Part shown: positions 56,184 to 64,000 of the stretch, one piece after another | Layout of the letters: each line of letters opens with the position of its first letter | Position numbering within the stretch: the stretch's first letter is position 1 | Assembly (NCBI GenBank): GCA_016840035.1 | Contig: JAEOTC010000038.1 | Location: 64,001-128,000 of the forward strand | Source: Candidatus Hodarchaeota archaeon | GTDB lineage: Archaea; Asgardarchaeota; Heimdallarchaeia; Hodarchaeales; Hodarchaeaceae | Length of the DNA stretch: 64,000 bases | Reading direction: 5' to 3' | Made by a program: the position numbers and the translations under genes | The notes under the pieces: model-generated | Database searches by the model: none | What the model was told of the DNA's origin: nothing | What the model saw: the letters and a program-made list of their open reading frames with translations, nothing else

Positions 56184-56480
56184 TTATGATTCATCAGTAA
56201 TGTTGGGACTTTCGTCTGATATTTTAGTTTCCTGTCCTTTTTCAGAGTCTTCTACTAGAGCATCAAGCCAATCTCCAAAAACATCAACGCGTTCTTCAAT
56301 TGGACGGATGGGTTTAGTGGTCTGAACTTTACATTTTCCACAAAATATTACTGCTGTGCGGATTTTTCGATTGATGTCGATATTGATCGAATTTGTAGTG
56401 CCACATATAGGACAATCAAACACAGTAGGTAATGTAGGTATTGGTTTTGTTCTTACTATTCTTTTTCTTTTTCGACCCAT
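56184..56480 (-). CDS. elf1: Transcription elongation factor Elf1
   Basis: MGRKRK, LPTVFDCPIC, CGKC, VDVFGDWLD. Confidence 0.92.
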   Translation of the reverse strand: MGRKRKRIVRTKPIPTLPTVFDCPICGTTNSINIDINRKIRTAVIFCGKCKVQTTKPIRPIEERVDVFGDWLDALVEDSEKGQETKISDESPNITDES

Positions 56481-56485
56481 AAGAT

Positions 56486-57655
56486 TTACTTCCTCCGATC
56501 GCTTTTAGCATGTTTTTGAATCTGACGTAGACGTCTATCACGCTTTGTTTGTTTTGCTGGCGTCTTTCTAACTTTTTCTTCAGAAGAAACATCCTTATCT
56601 TTTTTCTCTTTTGCTTCAACCTTTTCTTTTACTTTTAATACGGTAATTTCTTGACCAGAGCCAACCATGAATATTGCAGCTCCTCCAACTACAAAAATAA
56701 CGGCTATTGTACTCATACCTAGTAAAAACGGATCGTAAAGTTCTTTATTTGGTTGTTGAATTGTCTCTTCTTCTATCTCATCCCCTAACCATCTAACAAC
56801 ATTTCTCCATAATTTTGCATTATCACCCGCTTCATACCATGAAGTTGCAAGTAAGGGATCCACAAGATCACTAAACATCGTTGTAGATCCACCCAGAGCC
56901 ACTTTTGCGTCGAAGGTTTCCGACGTTCCAGCAAGAGCAAATAAAACGATATTAGTTGAATATGTATGAGGATCACCCACTGGTGGATCTGCATAAGCCT
57001 GGGTTGAACCAATGATTATTTCATTTCTCGAGTTTTTAATTGAGCAACTTGTTGTAACTATCGTACTCACATTTTCGTGGTTAGAGAGGATCTCGTGATT
57101 TGTCGCATTTATGTCTAAAATTAAATATTCGGGTTTTCCTGCATTGTGGAAATCATTCTTAACTATATCAGTAGGCTTCTTTGGTTGTGCTGAAGTTTCA
57201 TCTGTCCAGAAACTTGATACAATTCCAAACTCTTGCGCATCTAAGACAAAATTAAGATAGTCACTGTGTCCGTCAAGAGTATCATTTGTCTCTGTTAAGG
57301 GATTTGCTAAAACGAGCATTGAATTTTCTGCTAGGAGAAAATCTCGAACATGGATCCTTTCATCAAAGCTTATCTTCTCCTGTGGATCAGTTAGAATGAG
57401 TAGGTCAACACCTTCAAAAGTAGTCTCATTAAATTCTTCAGTATTAAATTCAACTCGTAAACCTAAATCTTCAAGATCAGCAATGGCCTTACTATATAAG
57501 GTTCGATTAAAAAACTGTCCGTGACCTTCGTCAAATAATACAATCATTGGATCTTCATCTGCAAGAATTGCACCATTAACTTCAACGACGAAGGTAACAC
57601 TGACTAAAACACATAGAAGAGAACAAAGTAACAAATGTTTAATGCTAACTGACAA
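56486..57655 (-). CDS. Type-I membrane protein with GldG/IFT52/Wbp1-like (GIFT) ectodomain
   Basis: Signal peptide, VLFDEGHGQ, DLLILTDP, ALGGSTTMFSD, DNAKLWRNVVRWL, one TM helix, basic tail. Confidence 0.7.
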   Translation of the reverse strand: MSVSIKHLLLCSLLCVLVSVTFVVEVNGAILADEDPMIVLFDEGHGQFFNRTLYSKAIADLEDLGLRVEFNTEEFNETTFEGVDLLILTDPQEKISFDERIHVRDFLLAENSMLVLANPLTETNDTLDGHSDYLNFVLDAQEFGIVSSFWTDETSAQPKKPTDIVKNDFHNAGKPEYLILDINATNHEILSNHENVSTIVTTSCSIKNSRNEIIIGSTQAYADPPVGDPHTYSTNIVLFALAGTSETFDAKVALGGSTTMFSDLVDPLLATSWYEAGDNAKLWRNVVRWLGDEIEEETIQQPNKELYDPFLLGMSTIAVIFVVGGAAIFMVGSGQEITVLKVKEKVEAKEKKDKDVSSEEKVRKTPAKQTKRDRRLRQIQKHAKSDRRK

Positions 57656-57913
57656 CGTTTTTTCCTCAATACCAGAAACACCACTAGAATTGCTAAAACT
57701 AGCAAAGTGAAGAGAATTTTCAAAAAAGAGGGAATTTGTGAATATCTTTTGTGTCTTTCCTGAACAACGCTACAACTAAAAACCTCAACTAATTTCTTCC
57801 TAGTTGGTTTAAGATAAGAATTCAATCCGAGTATGTGTATCTTATTAGAAATAAAGATATTCCTTTACTATTAAACACATCTTATCTGAATTTCAATTAT
57901 TGGAGAACAAACA

Positions 57914-58360
57914 ATGGTTTCAGCACAGATGGTCCCCAGTGAGTTATTAATAGAAGTCATTGCTGAGGAACTAAGATCGAATGAAAAAGTATTCCAACCC
58001 CCGAATTGGGCAGACTATGTAAAAACCGGAGTCTCACGTGAGAACGCTCCAGAAAACCGAAAAGACTGGTGGTATACTCGTGTAGCCTCTATATTAAGAA
58101 AAATTTACCTAAAAGGTCCAATAGGAGTTATCCATCTAAGGAAATCATACGGGGGGCGAAAAAATAGGGGTAGTAAACCTGAACATTCAAGAACTGGATC
58201 AGGTGCCATTATTAGACTTGCTATTCACCAACTTGAAAAAGCTGGGTACGTTACTATTGCCAATACTAGTGGTAGAATAGTTACACCTGCTGGAAGAAGT
58301 TTTGTTGATAAATTAGCGATGAAAGCGAAGGAAGAGCTTCCAGAACTTGCCAACTACTAA
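57914..58360 (+). CDS. rps19e: Ribosomal protein S19e
   Basis: PNWADYVKTG, WWYTRVASILRK, YGGRKNRG. Confidence 0.97.
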   Translation: MVSAQMVPSELLIEVIAEELRSNEKVFQPPNWADYVKTGVSRENAPENRKDWWYTRVASILRKIYLKGPIGVIHLRKSYGGRKNRGSKPEHSRTGSGAIIRLAIHQLEKAGYVTIANTSGRIVTPAGRSFVDKLAMKAKEELPELANY

Positions 58361-58487
58361 TTCAGTTCCTATTTCGAGAAAATAATTAATTTGATTAAGA
58401 ATTTGGGGATACAAAGATTGACTGTTCTTATCACGTAAAATTTAATAATTAAGTTTCCTAATATCTCCTCAATAAGGGGTATAATCA

Positions 58488-58841
58488 ATGGTTGATGATG
58501 ATCGTGAATTGGAAGAACTTCGAAAAAGACGTGCTGCCCAACTCCAAAATGACCAATTAGAGCAACAACAATTACAAAAACAGCAAGAAGAACAGCTTCG
58601 TCAGATTGAACAGCAGCGTCAAATAGTTTTGAAAAGTATTTTGACTGACGAAGCACGCGAACGTCTTGGTCGGATAAAATTAGCAAAACCTGACTATGCC
58701 ACATCTTTAGAGAATCAATTAATTCAGCTCGCCTCATCTCGTAGAATTTCAGAGAAAATCACAGATGATCAATTAAAATCTCTCCTGCAACAGATGACAA
58801 AATCTAAGAGAGAAAGCAAAATCACTTTTAAAAGACGTTAA
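58488..58841 (+). CDS. PDCD5-family dsDNA-binding protein
   Basis: ELEELRKRR, ILTDEARERLGRIKLAKP; conserved position after S19e. Confidence 0.93.
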   Translation: MVDDDRELEELRKRRAAQLQNDQLEQQQLQKQQEEQLRQIEQQRQIVLKSILTDEARERLGRIKLAKPDYATSLENQLIQLASSRRISEKITDDQLKSLLQQMTKSKRESKITFKRR

Positions 58842-58851
58842 TGGGTTTAAT

Positions 58852-59301
58852 ATGAGTACTATATCAAAGTTTTCTTGGAAACGTACGGAGGGTATAGGTC
58901 TAATAGTTTCATCACTTGGGATTGCACTTATCTTACAGATTCCTCCAACATTCTTCACTCTTCACTTATTAGAATTCAATCTTGAAATAGATTTCTTAAT
59001 AATGATAGGTGTAATTTTTGGTACAATGATTCTAATATCAGCGATTTCTTGTTCACTTACAGAAGATTGGGATAACAAAAAATCACCCACTTTAAGATCA
59101 ACCGTTACTGTATCTTTCTTATTGAGTATTATATTCATTGCTGGATTCTTTGTGTTTTTTGTACTTCAACCGAACTTTCCTCCAGAAATGCGGGATCTTG
59201 AAACAAATCAACGATATCTAGCTGCCTATACAACCGGTTTAAGCTTGATCGGGATCCTTGTAGTAATTTTCTATAAAGGTAGGGCATTTTTTAGTAGATA
59301 A
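58852..59301 (+). CDS. Membrane hypothetical protein (4 TM)
   Basis: Four hydrophobic segments. Confidence 0.6.
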   Translation: MSTISKFSWKRTEGIGLIVSSLGIALILQIPPTFFTLHLLEFNLEIDFLIMIGVIFGTMILISAISCSLTEDWDNKKSPTLRSTVTVSFLLSIIFIAGFFVFFVLQPNFPPEMRDLETNQRYLAAYTTGLSLIGILVVIFYKGRAFFSR

Positions 59302-59412
59302 ATTATTATAACGGGAGAAACAGATTAAATCCCAATTCTACATTTTCTGCTTATTGATCGTTTATCCTCCAGTATTCGTTACTAATAATTGTAACTTAAA
59401 CGATTAATTATT

Positions 59413-60204
59413 TTGGAGAAACAGTCAATGTCTGGTTTACTAAGAAAAACATACTTAGATTCAGATCTTATCTCTACAGTTTTCCACTTTTCAGAGGTGG
59501 GGTCAACAAATAATATTGCGAAAAAGATGATCTTAAAGGAAAAAGAGGGGGGTTTCGCAGTTATTTCAGATATTCAAACTGCTGGATATGGTCGACGGGG
59601 AGATTTCTGGGAATCTCCTAAAGGTGGTTTATGGTGTTCTTTAGCGATTAAACCAGACATAAATCCTAGTATAATTGGTCTAATCCCCATCATATGTGCT
59701 TTAAGCGTATCTAAAGCTCTTGAATCGCATGATATTAAAACACGACTGAAATGGCCTAATGACATCTTACATTCCAGGGATGAAGCAAAAATTGCAGGTA
59801 TAATCGTTGAGGGCAAAGTATCATCAAAAATGGTTGAGTACATCATTATTGGTATTGGTATCAATGTGAATATCGAATTAGAGCAATTTTCACCCCCCTT
59901 GCGAAATCACATTACTTCAACCTTGAAAATTAAACGAACTAAGATCTCTTTGGAGGAACTGCTACACACAATCATATTCTATCTTGAAGAAGGATTTGAC
60001 AAGATGAAGAAGGGAGAAGAGAATCACATTCTTTCACAATGGAAACAAAGAGATAATATTTTGGGGAGAAAAATTGTAATAACATCAAATAATATTGAAT
60101 ATGAAGGAATTGCAAAAGATCTTACATTATATGGACAAATGATATTGGAACTTGTAGATGGAAGGAAAATTACTTTTTCTTCAGGAAATGTTAAACTATT
60201 ATAA
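59413..60204 (+). CDS. birA: Biotin-protein ligase
   Basis: STN, QTAGYGRRG..WESP, KWPNDI, KIAGI, GIGINV. Confidence 0.93.
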   Translation: MEKQSMSGLLRKTYLDSDLISTVFHFSEVGSTNNIAKKMILKEKEGGFAVISDIQTAGYGRRGDFWESPKGGLWCSLAIKPDINPSIIGLIPIICALSVSKALESHDIKTRLKWPNDILHSRDEAKIAGIIVEGKVSSKMVEYIIIGIGINVNIELEQFSPPLRNHITSTLKIKRTKISLEELLHTIIFYLEEGFDKMKKGEENHILSQWKQRDNILGRKIVITSNNIEYEGIAKDLTLYGQMILELVDGRKITFSSGNVKLL

Positions 60205-60255
60205 TCAAGTAATTCTTGGAGTTTAAGTTGTTGTAACAGAATGAGGTGAAAAATC

Positions 60256-60813
60256 ATTGTCTACAATATCAAGACTGGATCTAATACTGTTCTACGAGGA
60301 TTAATTGCGGAAGAGTTTGCTCGTTATACTCTTAGCAAACGTTATTCATTATTAATACTTAGACCGACGAAAGTTATAGAATTTTTGTCCGATTATCAAA
60401 TTAAGGGATCACATTATAATTTTTTAGTCCAATACCAGCAAACGATGGATTTTATAGGATTTGGACCAATAAAAAATAACGAAACGTCTCTCCCAGAGCT
60501 AGGGAGTGGATTGGTTAGGAATTACTTCTATGAACAAGATGGATTAACACCCTTCTTGCCATCCAACTCGGAACAGACCAAAATTAACGGATACATTATT
60601 GAGGTCAAGTCTCGGACAACAAAAAATCATTGGAAGCCATTTACTTATTCATTTTCAATAAACCAAGAGAAAATGTTCTCAAAATCCGTGAAATATAAGT
60701 TTAAAGTAGTTTTATGTGGAGTATCGTTTGCAGAGGATTGGGAACTATCGGTAGTTCTCACAAATCCTCAAGGAAAAATCCTCCCAGAAGATTATTTTAA
60801 TTCAGATCAATAA
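60256..60813 (+). CDS. Putative PD-(D/E)XK nuclease-fold protein (start extended to ATT at 60256)
   Basis: In-frame LRGLIAEEFA upstream of the called TTG; MDFIG and IIEVKS motifs; GAGGTGA SD at 60243-60249. Confidence 0.6.
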   Translation: MVYNIKTGSNTVLRGLIAEEFARYTLSKRYSLLILRPTKVIEFLSDYQIKGSHYNFLVQYQQTMDFIGFGPIKNNETSLPELGSGLVRNYFYEQDGLTPFLPSNSEQTKINGYIIEVKSRTTKNHWKPFTYSFSINQEKMFSKSVKYKFKVVLCGVSFAEDWELSVVLTNPQGKILPEDYFNSDQ

Positions 60814-61957
60814 AAATGGGTTCTGCGTTTGTAAGGACTTTAGGACCATTACGAGTCATAAGAACATCATTTTCTAACCTAAATCCTCCAACATCCTTTT
60901 CGTATATGCCAGGTTCAATAGTAAAGATCATTCCTTCTTCTATACGCGTAGGTGTCCAGTGTTTGAGCAGAGATTCATGTGATGGTTTCTGTCGCAACAG
61001 GGGGGAGTCATGCACCGTCAACCCAATTCCATGACCCAAAGAATGAGGCATCTTGTATCCTTGCTTTTCAATGATATTGTGAGCGATCTCTGCAACTTCA
61101 TGTAAATATTGCGACTCTGAGATTGCATCAATTGCACTATCATGAGCAGATTTAACTGTTTCAACAATCGTTTTCATTTTCTCGTTCATTGAACCCATTA
61201 TAAAAGGGAGAGTGACATCTGAAGTTAATGCTTCAGCTTGTACACCAAAGTCGATCAGTGCAAGTCCTTTTTGAAATAGTGATTGATTTGGATCTGCTCG
61301 TGGATATGTATGTATCTGCCAAGATCGGGCACTACTAGCTACAAGAGATTCAAATCCAACAGCAAAAGCCCCTAATTCTCGCATTCTGCTCTCAACAAAA
61401 ACTGCAAGATCCATTTCCGTTTTAATCTTTGATTGAGAGATAACTACCTCTTCAATTTCCGTAACGAGTTGATTACTAATCTCGATAGATTTTTTCATCA
61501 TAGTGATTTCTTCTTTTGATTTTGTGGATCTTAAGTCTGCTAACAGACTATCAATTATCGTGGGATTATAGATAATCTCTGCACTCGGAACTTTATCTAA
61601 TATTAGTTGTACATTATCATATGGAATCCCTCTTGGAATTCCAACCTTCGGATTAGATGTAGATGATTCAGAAAATACTTCAACCGTAGCAGCAGTTACT
61701 CCTTTGTATTCTGCCATATTAATGATTCTATCAGCTTCTGAATACATTTTCGCTAGCTGATAATCCCATGGTATAAGTGTAGTCTGTCGATTCTTCACAT
61801 CGATAAATAAAGTAGCGTCCTCTGGATGACCAGTAAGGTATTTCACGTTAACATCTCTATGTGCCTCTGAATCGGTAAGATAGAGAAAATCTAGATTGTG
61901 GGTAGTTAAGGAGTCATACAACTTTGTTAATTTATCTTGAGTAATATAACGTGCCAC
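60797..61957 (-). CDS. Xaa-Pro aminopeptidase (M24 family)
   Basis: IDFG, SDVT, HSLGHGIGLTVHD, TIEPGIY, GFRLENDV. Confidence 0.93.
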   Translation of the reverse strand: MARYITQDKLTKLYDSLTTHNLDFLYLTDSEAHRDVNVKYLTGHPEDATLFIDVKNRQTTLIPWDYQLAKMYSEADRIINMAEYKGVTAATVEVFSESSTSNPKVGIPRGIPYDNVQLILDKVPSAEIIYNPTIIDSLLADLRSTKSKEEITMMKKSIEISNQLVTEIEEVVISQSKIKTEMDLAVFVESRMRELGAFAVGFESLVASSARSWQIHTYPRADPNQSLFQKGLALIDFGVQAEALTSDVTLPFIMGSMNEKMKTIVETVKSAHDSAIDAISESQYLHEVAEIAHNIIEKQGYKMPHSLGHGIGLTVHDSPLLRQKPSHESLLKHWTPTRIEEGMIFTIEPGIYEKDVGGFRLENDVLMTRNGPKVLTNAEPIFIDLN

Positions 61958-62186
61958 TTAGTTTCACCTAAAAAATTCTTCGAGTTGTTAGGAAAATCAA
62001 GTTTAGAATTTTAAAAATCTGCTCTTGTACTATTGTATTTATCATCTAGATATTTATTTTCACCAAAATAATCTTTTAAGAGAGTCTCTCAAGGACCATG
62101 AAAAGAGAGAATTTAGGATGCTAAGAATCATAAAAACAATATTTTAGATACGGTTCAGAACAAAGGTTGTCAAATTTATCCAGTTT

Positions 62187-62417
62187 TTATTCTACCTTAA
62201 TTTTGTGCCACTTCTTGTTTTTGGACTCAGGACGTAATGTTTTTCTTTGAGTATTACTCAATTTTTGCCCTTGCTGTTGTTTAAGCAGATTTCTTTGGGT
62301 CATTTTGGATATTTTACGCGTAATTAATTGTAATTCTGAACTATTTGGACGATAGGATTTTAATAGTTTCTGAAATTCAAGGAGAAGCGCGTTTACCTTT
62401 TTTTTGTCTACTGCCAT
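62187..62417 (-). CDS. Small basic hypothetical protein
   Basis: 76-aa ATG-started ORF in otherwise intergenic DNA. Confidence 0.45.
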   Translation of the reverse strand: MAVDKKKVNALLLEFQKLLKSYRPNSSELQLITRKISKMTQRNLLKQQQGQKLSNTQRKTLRPESKNKKWHKIKVE

Positions 62418-62658
62418 TCTGTTTTACCATAATATTTACTAAAAATAAATTTTTGGGAACGGTTCAGCAATCCTCTCTGATTTCTCCTCGAGACAAAATC
62501 ATTGTTAAAGTAAATATATCATTTCCAAAATTTCCTGAATGAAGATCTTCATGCTTTTAGTCTCCGTTTCACTAATTATACGGTAAAAGAAAGTATGATA
62601 CCAATTTGAATTGATAATAACTACTAAATCTAATCATATTATTATGGAGTAATGTCAA

Positions 62659-64000
62659 ATGCCAAAATTTACTATCGAAGAAGCTCAAAAACTTCTCGTC
62701 GATCGAGATTATGTGCGAAACCTTGGAGTTATAGCACACATCGACCATGGTAAAAGTACACTCACAGACTCGCTTCTTGCTGCGAGTGGATTATTAGCAG
62801 AAAAAGTAGCTGGCGAAGCTAGAGCAACAGACACACGAGAAGACGAACAAGAACGTGGTATCACTATAAAGACTACAGGAATCTCTCTAGTTCACGAATT
62901 AAAAGAAAGGACTTTTCTCGTGAACTTACAAGACACTCCAGGGCACGTTGACTTTTCTGGAGAAGTCACATCAGCACTACGAGTTGTAGACGGAGCTCTT
63001 GTTGTAGTAGATGCAGTTGAAGGTGTTATGGTTCAAACTGAAGTAGTTACTCAGCAAGCACTTGCAGAACGAGTTCGTCCTGTCTTGATTATCAATAAAG
63101 TTGACCGTTTAATAACTGAGATGCGTATGACACCCGATAACGCATATGAACAATTCAAAAAGATTATTAGTGATTTCAACGTACTAGTTGAAACCTATGC
63201 TCCTCCTGAATTTAAAAAGAAATGGAGAGTTGATCCTAGACAAGGTACTGTTGCATTTGGATCTGCTATTCATCGGTTTGGTTTGACAATTCCAGCTCTA
63301 GCCGAAATTTGGCATGAAAAAACTGGTCAACCAATTGACAAATTAGTAAAGAATCTCTGGATGAAAAATAATTTCGTTAATGGAGTTCTTAAACCAACCT
63401 ATGAAATATATGAAAAAGCTGAAGAAAATGATACAGAATCTCTAAAAAAGGTAGCAGAACAATTAACGCTTCGTATTGATGAAAGCGTTTGGCTTGAACC
63501 ACCTAAGAGAATTGCAAAAGCATTGTTGGAAAAATGGCTACCTGTAGAGAAGGCAGTACTCGATATGGTTGTCGCATTCTGTCCTTCTCCAATAGACGCA
63601 CAAAAGTATCGATTTAAAAGCTTCTGGACTGGAGAAATGGAATCTCCTGAAGGTAAAGGTCTTCTTACTTGTGATCCCGACGCTCCCGTTATGATATCAA
63701 TATCTAAAATGATTCCGGGAAGAGCAAAACGAATAATTGCCATGGGACGAGTATTTTCTGGAACCGTTAAGGCTGGACAGAAGATCACCGCTCTTCTACC
63801 AGGTTATCAGCCTGGAAGTAAGGAACGGACGTTTACAACGAATATCCAACAGGTTTCTATGTTAATGGGAGCAAAGGCTGAAAAAGTTGATTTTATCCCT
63901 GCTGGAAACATTGTTGCATTACAAGGCCTTCGTGGTGCGACAGCAAGTAGTACAATCACAAGTCTGGAATCAGCACTTCCATTTAAAGCATTGAGTTATG
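62659..64000 (+). CDS. fusA: Elongation factor 2 (3' end runs off the window)
   Basis: Manual translation: MPKFTIEE...RNLGVIAHIDHGKSTLTDSLL, DTREDEQERGITIK, DTPGHVDFSGEV, INKVDR. Confidence 0.96.
   Translation, partial: MPKFTIEEAQKLLVDRDYVRNLGVIAHIDHGKSTLTDSLLAASGLLAEKVAGEARATDTREDEQERGITIKTTGISLVHELKERTFLVNLQDTPGHVDFSGEVTSALRVVDGALVVVDAVEGVMVQTEVVTQQALAERVRPVLIINKVDRLITEMRMTPDNAYEQFKKIISDFNVLVETYAPPEFKKKWRVDPRQGTVAFGSAIHRFGLTIPALAEIWHEKTGQPIDKLVKNLWMKNNFVNGVLKPTYEIYEKAEENDTESLKKVAEQLTLRIDESVWLEPPKRIAKALLEKWLPVEKAVLDMVVAFCPSPIDAQKYRFKSFWTGEMESPEGKGLLTCDPDAPVMISISKMIPGRAKRIIAMGRVFSGTVKAGQKITALLPGYQPGSKERTFTTNIQQVSMLMGAKAEKVDFIPAGNIVALQGLRGATASSTITSLESALPFKALSY

Noticed and set aside
60241-60249. 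In-frame ATG-AGG-TGA suggesting selenocysteine or stop readthrough
   Set aside because: The TGA is part of the GAGGTGA Shine-Dalgarno; no redox motif or recognisable SECIS; a near-cognate start downstream is simpler
63399-63788. 129-aa minus-strand ORF
   Set aside because: Antisense to EF-2
1-64000. CRISPR arrays, rRNA genes, IS elements, prophage
   Set aside because: No regularly spaced repeats, rRNA-like tracts, transposase or viral hallmark genes recognised by eye

Overview
AT-rich archaeal chromosomal segment, almost certainly from an Asgard archaeon (probably Heimdallarchaeia/Hodarchaeales). Support: an ESCRT-I/II/III-Vps4 plus ubiquitin-E1-E2-RING cluster, a Mak16-like gene, Elf1, archaeal/eukaryote-type ribosomal proteins and translation factors, intron-containing tRNAs and GGTGA Shine-Dalgarno sites. 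Layout: 1-16.7 kb is a membrane-trafficking/ubiquitin cluster (Vps4, two ESCRT-III, Vps22-like, Vps28, UEV-Vps23, longin-Rab fusion, Yip1, E1, Ub, Arf-like, RING, E2). 17.9-21.2 kb holds metG and a HipA/PI3-4K-like kinase. 21.2-32.2 kb is the standout: an intact 12-gene, single-strand bacterial-microcompartment (BMC) operon of the sugar-phosphate-utilisation type. It encodes 2 BMC-H, 1 BMC-T, 3 BMC-P, DeoC, RpiB, an acylating aldehyde dehydrogenase, PduS, AckA and a flavoprotein-like accessory protein, and is headed by an unusual citrate synthase-encapsulation peptide-PduL fusion. BMCs are generally regarded as bacterial organelles, so this is a candidate archaeal microcompartment. 32.4-64 kb is mostly housekeeping and information-processing genes with three tRNAs. 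Several genes appear to start at near-cognate codons (CTG/ATT). All calls come from motif recognition by eye; no searches were run.
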